IMG/VR virus record: IMGVR_UViG_3300037067_008064
Location: 160,001 to 224,000 of that record
Reading direction: 5' to 3' (one strand)
Length of the DNA: 64,000 bases
Source of the DNA: a virus
Taxonomy: Duplodnaviria; Heunggongvirae; Uroviricota; Caudoviricetes
In this document: positions 18,292 to 27,531 of the stretch, piece after piece
Layout: every line of letters starts with the position of its first letter
Position numbering within the stretch: the stretch's first letter is position 1
The notes under the pieces: model-generated
Told to the model about the DNA's origin: nothing
The model's input: the letters and a program-made list of their open reading frames with translations, nothing else
Databases searched by the model: none
Position numbers and translations under genes: made by a program

Positions 18292-20231
18292 TATCTTTCA
18301 TATTTTAAATACCCAATTAATTGATTAACCGGGCCAAAATTTCCAGTTATCTTTAATAAATTTCCTTTATAATCAAATACAATTCCTTCAGTTGGTGCTA
18401 TATAATCCATGCCCCCACCTATTTGTAATCTTTCTAATTGGTTAGTTAAAAAATCTAAAGCTTTATTAGCAATTTCTATACTTTCCGTTTTCATTTGTTC
18501 AACATATTTATATAAATCATCTATTGCTTTTAAAACTTTATCACGAATTTTCTTTGATGTTTCAGTTGGATTTGATGATGCTAAACCATCCAAATTCAAT
18601 AATACTGTTGAACCAAATTTTAATATAATTGTTTCTATTGGTCTAATAATATTCTTAAGTACTTTATCAATGTTTTTATCAGCATTTTTAAACCAAGCAA
18701 TATCTTCAGGTTCTTCTACACCTTGTAATAATTTATTAATAGAAATACTTTTATCATCTTCACCCCACCTTTTAACAAATCCTGTTATAACTGCATCGCC
18801 TACATTTAATCCAGCATTAACAATATATTCTGTTAATTTAGTATTAACATAATCTTGAATTGTTATATCTTCATTTGGTTCTATTCTATTTAAAAATGTT
18901 ATTAACTGTTCTTTAATTTTATTAGAATTTTGAATAGTTTTAATTATTAAAGTATTAGTAGGGGCAATTAAAAAAGTTCTTTCTGATTTTTGAAATGTTT
19001 TTGATTTTTGTATAGCATCATATAGTTCTTGTAGATTATCTTTACTAACATTTAACAAATCTCCATTCTGATCTATTTCTCTAAAGTGATGCATTCTTAG
19101 TTGTGCAGTTCCATAAGGAATAACATTTTCAGTATCAGGAAATATTATTTCCATGTTTAACCACACTTTACCATTTTGAAATATTTTATTAACGTCAACT
19201 TTAGATAATTTTAAAGCACTTTGTAAATCAGTCATTGCATTAACGAAAGCAGTTTCTATAGAACCCCTTCCACCAAAAAATTGTTTCATACCTTCAATAT
19301 CTAATGCACTCTCACCATAATTTTTAAGATGTCCTTTATTTCTTGCAGCAATAATCTTATTATCTTTAAATGAACACATTAAATTTTGACCATCAAGTTT
19401 TTCAGATATGTTTTCTATTTTTGATTCTAAACCATCTGATACAATTTTCTTTAAATCTTTAAAAGTTAAATTTTTTGCTTCCCATATGTTTTTCATATGA
19501 CCAGCTCCACCTCCTTCAAATATATCATAACTTTCACTTATGGTTCTCATATGTTTTTTCAAAAGATCTAATATTTGGTCTATTTTATCTCTATTGATTC
19601 CTGGGTAGTTAGTAGTAAAATTACCTAAATTAGTTTCATAATCAACACATTCACCCTGTTCACAATTAAGTAATTTTTTTAAATCAGCTCTTAAAACTGA
19701 TGCTGATATAGGTGTATTTTCTTTTTCATCTGTTCTTCCTTTATAATATAAAGGATTAATATCAATTGATAATTCTTCTACACTAACATTTTCAGGTAAT
19801 TTTTCAAAATATTTGCCACCTTTCGTTAATGATTTAACAAAATCTAATACTCTTTTATAATCATCTCCTTTATTTGATGAAGCTAAAGCATAAATTCCTG
19901 GGGGTGCATGCAATACATATTCATATGCAGTTCTAAGTGGTGACATTAAAGCCGGATCAACTTTTTCTATTTGAACTTTTTGATTATCTGATAACAAAAT
20001 AGTAGCTATTTCAAATGCAATATTTTGGTCTATGCCATCACGAATACCCGGGCCAATTAATAATTTTAATTGGCTAACTCTTTCGTTATCTGTATATTTT
20101 TTAATTAAAGATAAATGACCACCAGTTAATGGTTTAAAACCACCTGGATATAAAACAATTAGAGATTCATTGCTAACTATTTTATCATCATCTTCTTCAT
20201 TAACCCATTGATGTATACTTTTAAATCCCAT
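18291..20231 (-). CDS. HUP cytidylyltransferase-like domain fused to ligase-like domain
   Basis: LYPGGFKPLTGGH and ISASVLR; linker IFEGGGAGHM; SEKLDGQN, EGIVF, LKITG ligase-like motifs. Confidence 0.7.
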   Translation of the reverse strand: MGFKSIHQWVNEEDDDKIVSNESLIVLYPGGFKPLTGGHLSLIKKYTDNERVSQLKLLIGPGIRDGIDQNIAFEIATILLSDNQKVQIEKVDPALMSPLRTAYEYVLHAPPGIYALASSNKGDDYKRVLDFVKSLTKGGKYFEKLPENVSVEELSIDINPLYYKGRTDEKENTPISASVLRADLKKLLNCEQGECVDYETNLGNFTTNYPGINRDKIDQILDLLKKHMRTISESYDIFEGGGAGHMKNIWEAKNLTFKDLKKIVSDGLESKIENISEKLDGQNLMCSFKDNKIIAARNKGHLKNYGESALDIEGMKQFFGGRGSIETAFVNAMTDLQSALKLSKVDVNKIFQNGKVWLNMEIIFPDTENVIPYGTAQLRMHHFREIDQNGDLLNVSKDNLQELYDAIQKSKTFQKSERTFLIAPTNTLIIKTIQNSNKIKEQLITFLNRIEPNEDITIQDYVNTKLTEYIVNAGLNVGDAVITGFVKRWGEDDKSISINKLLQGVEEPEDIAWFKNADKNIDKVLKNIIRPIETIILKFGSTVLLNLDGLASSNPTETSKKIRDKVLKAIDDLYKYVEQMKTESIEIANKALDFLTNQLERLQIGGGMDYIAPTEGIVFDYKGNLLKITGNFGPVNQLIGYLKYER

Positions 20232-20232
20232 A

Positions 20233-20613
20233 TTAATATTTATATTCTTTTTTATCAGCTCTTATCCAACATGAACGTTCACTCCAATTTGCTAATTCAA
20301 AATCCCAAAATCTAGTAAACCCATTATCTCTTGTTAATTCATTTAATAAATCTTCACCAGATCCTTTCCATTCATCTTTCATACTAATTCCAGCCGGAAT
20401 ATTTTGAACTGTTCGTTTTGCTGTTACCCAAATTTCTAAATAACTTGGTCTTTCAATAACATTACAATTTGCAGCATCTAATCCAATATTATCATCAGTC
20501 CATTCTTCTAAAAATTGACTTATTTGTTCAATAGAATGTTCTTGTCCATCATAAAATATTTGTTTATAATCAGGTTCTTGATAAAAATCTTCATTTATAT
20601 ATTTTGCTTTCAT
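20233..20613 (-). CDS. Hypothetical protein with MKAKxxNE leader
   Basis: Starts MKAKYINE. Confidence 0.6.
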   Translation of the reverse strand: MKAKYINEDFYQEPDYKQIFYDGQEHSIEQISQFLEEWTDDNIGLDAANCNVIERPSYLEIWVTAKRTVQNIPAGISMKDEWKGSGEDLLNELTRDNGFTRFWDFELANWSERSCWIRADKKEYKY

Positions 20614-20630
20614 TATTATATTTATTTTTA

Positions 20631-20864
20631 TTATTTATTTTCATGTAATATGCACCCAAAATTATCTTCAGTTTCTATATAATCTACATATCCGCCATCC
20701 CAACCTGTTTTTAATTCTATGGTTATAGTACTTCCTATTTCATCACAAATACCAGTATTAATTGCTCCTTCAAAATTCCAATTTGTATTTTGTTTCCAGT
20801 GTATACAAGTTAAACATTTAGGGTATGAATTTTCTATTTCTTCTTTTATTAATTTTGCTTTCAT
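20631..20864 (-). CDS. Small Cys-containing protein with MKAKxxKE leader
   Basis: MKAKLIKEE; CLTCIHW...GIC...FGC. Confidence 0.6.
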   Translation of the reverse strand: MKAKLIKEEIENSYPKCLTCIHWKQNTNWNFEGAINTGICDEIGSTITIELKTGWDGGYVDYIETEDNFGCILHENK

Positions 20865-21166
20865 TTTGTAATTAAATTCTTTATTTTCATTATATTATTA
20901 TAAGCATTTTCAGACCACTCATATTCAACTTCATCTGTATTATATAATTTTCTTTGTATTGTTCTTCCTATTTCATCAATAAATATTTCTAGTGCATCTA
21001 AAGTTCTCGGCATATTATAAGCTAAACAATTTCCCCACAATCCATATAATAAACTTTCATTATTAATAACATATAATATTTTATGTACTGGAAAATCTAA
21101 TTGATTTCTTACTATTTTTCTTATAGTTTGTTCATTCATATTTTCATTAATGAATTTTGCTTTCAT
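20861..21166 (-). CDS. Hypothetical protein with MKAKxxNE leader
   Basis: Starts MKAKFINE. Confidence 0.6.
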   Translation of the reverse strand: MKAKFINENMNEQTIRKIVRNQLDFPVHKILYVINNESLLYGLWGNCLAYNMPRTLDALEIFIDEIGRTIQRKLYNTDEVEYEWSENAYNNIMKIKNLITK

Positions 21167-21168
21167 AT

Positions 21169-21942
21169 CTATACAATTCTATTTGCAAGCCAACCAATAG
21201 GATCTTTAATACCCATCATTTTAATAATATATTTCTTAAGACCGGGTTCATCGGCTAAAATACCTTCTGCAATATCAAATGCTTCATCATCTCCGATTCC
21301 ACCTTCACTTTTTAAATCATTAACAAAATCATTAACTTCATCTCTAGTCCACATTCCTTCTTCTCTATATGTTGCATCATCATAAAATCCTTCATCTAAT
21401 GGAATTTTTTTAACTGATAAATTTTCAATGCCAACATTTTTATTTTGTGCTATTCTTCTTTTTAAAGCATTGGCTTCATTTTTAGATAAACCATCATAAT
21501 ATCCATATCTTTTATGATTAAATGTATCTAATACATAATAAGTATTTTCATCTTCTGTTTCTTTTAACATATTTATATTTTTATTTTCATATATTCCTAA
21601 AGCTTCTTGTCCATTATATTTTAAATCATATTTTAAAATATTAAATTCTTCTCTAAAACTTCTAATATCTTCTTTATCAAATTTCTTTTTATCAACATAA
21701 ATATCAATATACATTTTCCAATTTGGGTCTTGTTGATAATATGAAGAATAATGTGAATCGACTTCAATACCATCTTTTTGTAAAGTAGTATGTTGAAGAT
21801 TTCCAACTCCTAAAGTACCATTAGAAAGTTCACCAATTTTTCTAATAACACTATCAACATATTGAAATTGACCAGATAATTTAAAAAGAATAATATTTGG
21901 ATTTTCTTCTAGGTCATAATATTCATAAAGTCTTTTATTCAT
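21169..21942 (-). CDS. Modular hypothetical protein
   Basis: LYE, IYE, LKE, LDE linkers; last module resembles the end of 24838..25944; promoter variant at 21954-21967. Confidence 0.55.
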   Translation of the reverse strand: MNKRLYEYYDLEENPNIILFKLSGQFQYVDSVIRKIGELSNGTLGVGNLQHTTLQKDGIEVDSHYSSYYQQDPNWKMYIDIYVDKKKFDKEDIRSFREEFNILKYDLKYNGQEALGIYENKNINMLKETEDENTYYVLDTFNHKRYGYYDGLSKNEANALKRRIAQNKNVGIENLSVKKIPLDEGFYDDATYREEGMWTRDEVNDFVNDLKSEGGIGDDEAFDIAEGILADEPGLKKYIIKMMGIKDPIGWLANRIV

Positions 21943-21977
21943 TTAAATGATTATTTTATTATATATCTTTTTAATTT

Positions 21978-22634
21978 TTATATTAATGACTGAAGCATTT
22001 CTATTAGTTCTTTTTGTGGATGACAATCTGATTTATCTGGTCTAAAAGATACATGTGTCCATACACCAGGTTTGCCTCTCAAAGCATCTACATTAACATC
22101 CCACATATCACTATTATAATTTAATGGAATATTATATTTTTGATTCCAATATATTAATAATTCTCTAACTGTTTCTAATTGTGCTAGTGAATATGCTTGA
22201 TAAAACTGTTCACCTTTAAATTTATTTGGATATTCAACAATGGGTACATTTACAGGTTTGTTATATGCGTTTATGAATCCATTATCTGTTTTGTGTAACC
22301 ATCCCCAATTACAGAGTTCAATACCAATAACTGCACGCTCTAATTTTTCACCTGTATCTAAAGGTAAACCTAATGATTGCAAATATTTATTTTTTAATCC
22401 TAAACTATAAGCCCAATATTTAGATGAAAAACATTGATATGGTATGCCATTTATATCAATTACTATACAAACACCTACATGAACACCATCTTGTTTCCAC
22501 CAACTAATAACTCCATCTGCTGAACCAGATGAAACTGTATGGTGTAGTACAATGGTTGTTTTATTGAATTCTTCTTGGTAATAAGTATTTAAAGGAAAGT
22601 CCGTTACTTTTACAATTTTTTCTATAATTCCCAT
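21978..22634 (-). CDS. N-acetylmuramoyl-L-alanine amidase (Amidase_2), probable endolysin
   Basis: IVLHHT, IGIELCNWG, AQL, WTH...DKSDCHP Zn-amidase motifs. Confidence 0.85.
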   Translation of the reverse strand: MGIIEKIVKVTDFPLNTYYQEEFNKTTIVLHHTVSSGSADGVISWWKQDGVHVGVCIVIDINGIPYQCFSSKYWAYSLGLKNKYLQSLGLPLDTGEKLERAVIGIELCNWGWLHKTDNGFINAYNKPVNVPIVEYPNKFKGEQFYQAYSLAQLETVRELLIYWNQKYNIPLNYNSDMWDVNVDALRGKPGVWTHVSFRPDKSDCHPQKELIEMLQSLI

Positions 22635-22635
22635 A

Positions 22636-22675
22636 ATAAAGCAATTTTATTTATATATTAATAAAATTGCTTTAT
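22636..22675 (-). promoter_or_regulatory. 16-bp inverted repeat enclosing a late promoter, covering the endolysin translation-initiation region
   Basis: ATAAAGCAATTTTATT (22636-22651) / AATAAAATTGCTTTAT (22660-22675); promoter 22648-22659; ATG at 22634. Confidence 0.75.
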
Positions 22676-22680
22676 CAAAA

Positions 22681-22761
22681 ACACATTCTCTCATCTTTAT
22701 TTTCCGAAGAAAAATGGTTCAATCAGCAAAAGTGGACGGACCAAAGCCCAGCAGAATGTGT
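22681..22761 (-). ncRNA. Candidate small structured RNA
   Basis: GC-enriched intergenic stretch closed by ACACATTCT/AGAATGTGT, internal cUUCGg hairpin, promoter-like GAATATATAAACA at 22778-22790. Confidence 0.4.
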
Positions 22762-22831
22762 CTGTTTAAATACTTCGTGTTTATATATTCATTATTTTAA
22801 GAAAAATGAACATAAGTCACTTTTATGTTCA

Positions 22832-23143
22832 TTATTTTACAAGTGATTTACCGACTTCAGATACTTCATATTCTTCAATACCTTTTTCTAAAATCCCAGT
22901 TTTTATAAAAAGAGAAGCTATTTCTACCGCTATATCCTTTGCTTCTTTTACACAAAGATTAATTTCAGCATCTGTTAACATTGGTATATGTCCTAGTTCT
23001 TCTTTCTTTTCGCACTTACCTTTAATAGTAGCATATAATAATTCTTTATTCATAAAAGGAATTGTAAAATGTCTATCATATTCTCCGCGTTTAATTTCTC
23101 CTTTTATTTTAGCTAAAAAGATATTTCCTTGATGTGTGTTCAT
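22832..23143 (-). CDS. Hypothetical protein
   Basis: 103-aa ORF on the coding strand. Confidence 0.6.
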   Translation of the reverse strand: MNTHQGNIFLAKIKGEIKRGEYDRHFTIPFMNKELLYATIKGKCEKKEELGHIPMLTDAEINLCVKEAKDIAVEIASLFIKTGILEKGIEEYEVSEVGKSLVK

Positions 23144-23211
23144 AATTTTAATTATTTCTATTTATTATATTTATAATTTTAAATACTAGAAAGATTATAA
23201 TTCAAATAATT

Positions 23212-23262
23212 TTAACAAAATTTTAACATATTTCTGAACAAAAATTTAACAAAATTTTAAAA
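23212..23262. repeat. TTAACA-like direct repeats at 11-12 bp spacing
   Basis: TTAACA 23212, TTAACA 23223, TGAACA 23235, TTAACA 23246, TTAAAA 23257. Confidence 0.55.
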
Positions 23263-23314
23263 ACTACTTGTGATTTTATCATAAAACTATAGTCTTGAGG
23301 AACTGAAAAAACTA

Positions 23315-23989
23315 TTAACTAGAGAGAATAATATTTTCCTTTTTTACTAATGTTTGTAAGGTCCAGTAAGAATCTACTATATCATCAAGGTTATCTATCC
23401 ACTTCCCGGGTTTTTTTCCTTTTCCTTTCTTTTTAAAAATATTTGGATTATCTTTTAAAATTTTTATTAATTTACAATCAGGGCCTTTTTCTATAAAAGC
23501 ATTTATCATATCTTCTTTTTTCTTTCCTCTTTCTGAGCATCCAGCAGTAGCTTTTACAGTTAATGGAGAATAAGTATACATATTTTCAAATGGAATTATA
23601 ATCCCTAATTTATTCATTAATATATATTTATATCCACCTAATTGTAGAGCTACATCTCCAGAACTACCATACGATAATCCTTCAAATGCGATACAAGAAT
23701 TTTTTATTAAATATGGTTCTAAGAGTTTAAATATAATATCAGCTAAATAATTGGCATTTATTATTTCATATCTCATTTTACTAGAAATATTTTCACCTTT
23801 ATCTTTATCATCACTTCTGTTAATTATTTCTACATCATAATTTAAAAATATATTTTTATTTTTATCTGATATAGTATACGGTAAACATATAAATTTATAT
23901 TTTCCATTATGATAAATTGTAATAGCTGGTTTATTTATAGAAAAATCTACACCTATAATTACAGATGTTGTTTTTATTTTTGACTCCAT
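23315..23989 (-). CDS. RuvC-like Holliday junction resolvase
   Basis: IIGVDFS, IAFEGLSY, PLTVKA, KEDMI, DDIVDSY: RNase H-fold acidic residues. Confidence 0.75.
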   Translation of the reverse strand: MESKIKTTSVIIGVDFSINKPAITIYHNGKYKFICLPYTISDKNKNIFLNYDVEIINRSDDKDKGENISSKMRYEIINANYLADIIFKLLEPYLIKNSCIAFEGLSYGSSGDVALQLGGYKYILMNKLGIIIPFENMYTYSPLTVKATAGCSERGKKKEDMINAFIEKGPDCKLIKILKDNPNIFKKKGKGKKPGKWIDNLDDIVDSYWTLQTLVKKENIILSS

Positions 23990-24831
23990 TTAATAAATTT
24001 TTGGACATTAAAAGTATGTGGTAATGTTTTATTAATTTCTAATATATCTATGGTTCCATTCCAATCATGAACACAATCACCTATTTTAACTACTAAATGA
24101 TTTCTTTTAACTGGTTGTTTTAAATTTGTGATAAATACTAGAATATTGTTTACATATATTTTTATAATTTTTTTATTTAATACCATACAATTCATAAAGG
24201 TATATCCTTCTGAATTTTCAGGTAAATATGATTTACTTCCGATTGGTGTTCTTTTTGAGGTTATACCACGGTGTACAGTAAAAGTAAGTTTATTTAATGT
24301 ATTTAATGTTTTTCCAAATTGTTCAAATCCATCAATTTCAAAATATGTTCTATTTTCAAATGGAGTAGTTTCTTCTCCTTCTGTAAATATACTAAATAAC
24401 CAAAAAGCAGGCCATGAACCAAGTGCATTTTTACTTATAGAACAAATTACAGTATATCTTGCAAAGTTAGTAGATAAAAAATAATCTTTTGATGTTATAT
24501 TTCCTGATGAATAATTTCTAGTTATACTTTCACCATACCAACCTTTACCTGTAATTGGTGTAATTTCTTTTTTAGATATTATCAATAAACCATTATTATT
24601 AAATTGTACATTCTTTGGAGAAGAAACAGAAATATTATTTGGAACTGCACTCCCCCAATTACCTTCTTCTTGAACAACCCATTTATCAGAATTAATAAAA
24701 TTATCTATAAAATCTATGTTCCATTTTTCTTTTATTTTTTCTATTTGAGTATTAAAATTATCATTATTATTATTAAGAATAAAAAATCTAATACTTAAAA
24801 ACCAATTAATAATATTCCACAGTACTTTCAT
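23974..24831 (-). CDS. Glycoside hydrolase family 16
   Basis: YSSGNITS, WPAFWL, catalytic EIDGFE; hydrophobic N-terminus. Confidence 0.8.
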   Translation of the reverse strand: MKVLWNIINWFLSIRFFILNNNNDNFNTQIEKIKEKWNIDFIDNFINSDKWVVQEEGNWGSAVPNNISVSSPKNVQFNNNGLLIISKKEITPITGKGWYGESITRNYSSGNITSKDYFLSTNFARYTVICSISKNALGSWPAFWLFSIFTEGEETTPFENRTYFEIDGFEQFGKTLNTLNKLTFTVHRGITSKRTPIGSKSYLPENSEGYTFMNCMVLNKKIIKIYVNNILVFITNLKQPVKRNHLVVKIGDCVHDWNGTIDILEINKTLPHTFNVQKFIKWSQK

Positions 24832-24837
24832 ATAATT

Positions 24838-25944
24838 TTACATCAATGATTCTATATCCCATTGTATTCTTTCCATTATATCGGCTTTTGAATTAAGTCC
24901 ATATTCTTTTCTTACATAAGTAATAATCTCAGGAAATGAATAATAAATATTTTCTGCCATATCAAATGCAAATCCACTTGTATCTGGATCGTAATCTTCA
25001 ATTCCGGTATCACCAGGTTCAGAAAAATCTGTTAAAATTTCCCAGTATTTTTTTTCTGATATAGTTTTAGTTTTTTCTGTTATTTTTTTTGGGCCTCTTT
25101 GATCTTTTTTGTAGGCTTTAATTATTTCGTCTACTTCTGGAATTAATTCAGTTGGTAATACAAATAAAAAATCTCTCATTTGAGCTGGTGGAAACTTAAG
25201 TACAACAGGAGCTAATTCTAATGTTAATTCTGGTTTAATAGATGTAACAATCATAGTTCTTGGAGCATTCCAAGTTTTATGTTCTATTGTTACTTCATCT
25301 CCAATTTTCCAATCATATTCATCAACTAATTTCTTATATAAACTGTAATAATTATAATAATCATTTTTATATGCTTTTAAATCTGATTCATACATGGCTG
25401 CTGGGTCATCAAAATCTTCTCCTTCAACATCATAATGTATACCGCCGGCTGGGTCCATCCATCTATTACTTTCACTTGTTAATTCGCAATAACCATAAAA
25501 ATCTTCTGTTCCATCAGTAAAATAAAGTGTATCATTATCTAAGTCTTTTATTATTTTAATTTCATCTTTATCCCAAACTTCATCTCCTTTTTTAAAATGA
25601 GATAATGCACTATCGAGTGTATCATTTCCACCTCCGCCAGGTAACATATAATTTTCATTAATTGCATCTGTATGTTCTACATATAACCATTCTTCCCAAT
25701 CTTCTGTTGTATATGATAATCTATCATTAGCTGATAATTCATCCCAATAATCTTTATATATTCTTTTTAATGCTCTTAAATTTTGATTTCCTGTTTCATT
25801 ATAAATATGATTTGCAAATTCATCAGCATTATTATAATATTCCATTGAATTAGAAAGTTGATCAATTAAAAAATTAACTCCTGTCATATTACTAAATCTT
25901 TCATTTACATTAAATTTTTCATATAATTTTCTTGTGTTTATCAT
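24838..25944 (-). CDS. Modular acidic protein, putative internal head protein
   Basis: LYE, VNE, INE, MYE linkers. Confidence 0.55.
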   Translation of the reverse strand: MINTRKLYEKFNVNERFSNMTGVNFLIDQLSNSMEYYNNADEFANHIYNETGNQNLRALKRIYKDYWDELSANDRLSYTTEDWEEWLYVEHTDAINENYMLPGGGGNDTLDSALSHFKKGDEVWDKDEIKIIKDLDNDTLYFTDGTEDFYGYCELTSESNRWMDPAGGIHYDVEGEDFDDPAAMYESDLKAYKNDYYNYYSLYKKLVDEYDWKIGDEVTIEHKTWNAPRTMIVTSIKPELTLELAPVVLKFPPAQMRDFLFVLPTELIPEVDEIIKAYKKDQRGPKKITEKTKTISEKKYWEILTDFSEPGDTGIEDYDPDTSGFAFDMAENIYYSFPEIITYVRKEYGLNSKADIMERIQWDIESLM

Positions 25945-25958
25945 CTTATATTATTATT

Positions 25959-26294
25959 TTATATTTTTGTACCTAATGCTATACCTATAGCTGTTGTTAC
26001 TAATCTAGATGTAAATAGTGTTCCTAATGTTCCTTTTTCATCTATTCCTAATGCTTTACATACAGCTTTACCTATAGCAGGTCCTGCTAAAGCACCAGCT
26101 GCACCACCAATTAAACCACCCCAAAATCCTTCTTCTATAGGTTCACCGTTTTTTATTTTTTCGAGTATTACATTATAAGCTTTTTCACCTTCAATTATTT
26201 GTTCTGGTGTTAAACCTTTAATTTCTTCTGATTCAAATATTTTTGAACTTGTTGATAACTTAATATCATAATATGTTAATAATTCATTATTCAT
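25959..26294 (-). CDS. Glycine-zipper membrane-type protein
   Basis: PIEE then GFWGGLIGGAAGALAGPAIG and a second hydrophobic segment. Confidence 0.6.
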   Translation of the reverse strand: MNNELLTYYDIKLSTSSKIFESEEIKGLTPEQIIEGEKAYNVILEKIKNGEPIEEGFWGGLIGGAAGALAGPAIGKAVCKALGIDEKGTLGTLFTSRLVTTAIGIALGTKI

Positions 26295-26299
26295 TTAAT

Positions 26300-26551
26300 T
26301 TAATATTTTATTTCTTCTTCAACCATACTTTTATGTACTACTTGTGGAATATGTTTATATTCTTTATACCATTGATTACATATGTAAATATTATTTTCTA
26401 ATTCTATAAAATCATATTCACCAGAAGGAAAGTTAATATTATTTCCAAAAACTAATGGTTTAGTAATAATTTTTCCAATTACAGGTTTATGAAAATATTC
26501 CGATGGTAATATCTCATGATGTTCTATTAAATTTTCACGGACTAAATTCAT
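26300..26551 (-). CDS. Small protein with LVRENL leader
   Basis: MNLVRENLIE; GAATAAATATAA at 26561-26572. Confidence 0.55.
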   Translation of the reverse strand: MNLVRENLIEHHEILPSEYFHKPVIGKIITKPLVFGNNINFPSGEYDFIELENNIYICNQWYKEYKHIPQVVHKSMVEEEIKY

Positions 26552-26573
26552 TTGTTTTTATTATATTTATTCA

Positions 26574-26966
26574 TTATTTTTTAATTAAGTTTTTTATTAA
26601 AGAATAAGAATCATCATATTCCATAAAAACTTTAAATCCACTATCAAAATATAAATTTACCGCTTTAAAATTATCTTTATAGACTATTAAAGTTATTATA
26701 TTAATTTCTAATGTATTTTTAACATAATCAAATATTTGTTCTAGTAAACGTTTTGCAAATCCTTTTCTACGAAATTCTTTAAATGTTGTTAAATCGTGAA
26801 TGGTTACATATTTTTCATCAAACCATTCATCTGGTTGTTCTATATTAAAACCTGATTCACTTACTAAATTATCTTTTTCAAATAATTGAAATTTAATTAC
26901 TAATTGTTCATCATTAGTTTTATCACTTTCAAATAAATTTTCACGAACTAATTTTATATTATTCAT
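26574..26966 (-). CDS. GNAT acetyltransferase
   Basis: EFRRKGFAKRLL acetyl-CoA motif, NFKAVNLYFDSGF; KLVRENLFES leader. Confidence 0.85.
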   Translation of the reverse strand: MNNIKLVRENLFESDKTNDEQLVIKFQLFEKDNLVSESGFNIEQPDEWFDEKYVTIHDLTTFKEFRRKGFAKRLLEQIFDYVKNTLEINIITLIVYKDNFKAVNLYFDSGFKVFMEYDDSYSLIKNLIKK

Positions 26967-27516
26967 TTGGTAAAAATTTATTTTTAATATTAAATCTATT
27001 ATATCTTAAATCTAAATTAAACGCTCCAAAATCTGCTAAAGTAGTAGTATAGTTAACAGTAAACTGGGTTAAACCAGTTGGAACTATTTGTTCAAGTTCA
27101 AATGTTATTAATTCAAATCCATGATGATCTAAAAAACTTAAATATAGTGGTGGCCAAAAGGGTAATCTACTACTATATTCTCTAAATAATTCTATTTGAT
27201 TAAATAAAATCCAATAAGAAAGAAAAGCTTCTGATAATTTAAAAGTAACTGTTATTTGTTTATCAAATATTGGTTCTAATTCTTTACCACCTCTATAGTG
27301 TATATTAAATTGTCCTTGTTGTTGAGTTACAGTATTTAATTCTACATTTGGAAATGTAATACCTTGTATACACGCATTAATAAAATCTTCTAATGTTTCA
27401 TAATTTAATTTTAATCTTTTAATAATGGGATTCCATTTTTCTAAAATTTCAGGATAAAAAAAACCTTTAGGAAAAGTAATAAAAAATTGGTCATGTTTTG
27501 AATTCATTAAACTCAT
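26959..27516 (-). CDS. Putative tail-tube-like protein
   Basis: 185 aa; CIQGITFP, ITVTFK, IVPTGL, FNLDLRY resemble tail-tube/tube-initiator folds; structural context. Confidence 0.45.
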   Translation of the reverse strand: MSLMNSKHDQFFITFPKGFFYPEILEKWNPIIKRLKLNYETLEDFINACIQGITFPNVELNTVTQQQGQFNIHYRGGKELEPIFDKQITVTFKLSEAFLSYWILFNQIELFREYSSRLPFWPPLYLSFLDHHGFELITFELEQIVPTGLTQFTVNYTTTLADFGAFNLDLRYNRFNIKNKFLPNE

Positions 27517-27531
27517 ATAAAAATATTTATT

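Noticed and set aside
22681-22761. Assignment of the structured element as tRNA, SAM riboswitch, hammerhead or twister
   Set aside because: Only fragmentary resemblance; no cloverleaf/T-loop and conserved cores incomplete, so left unclassified
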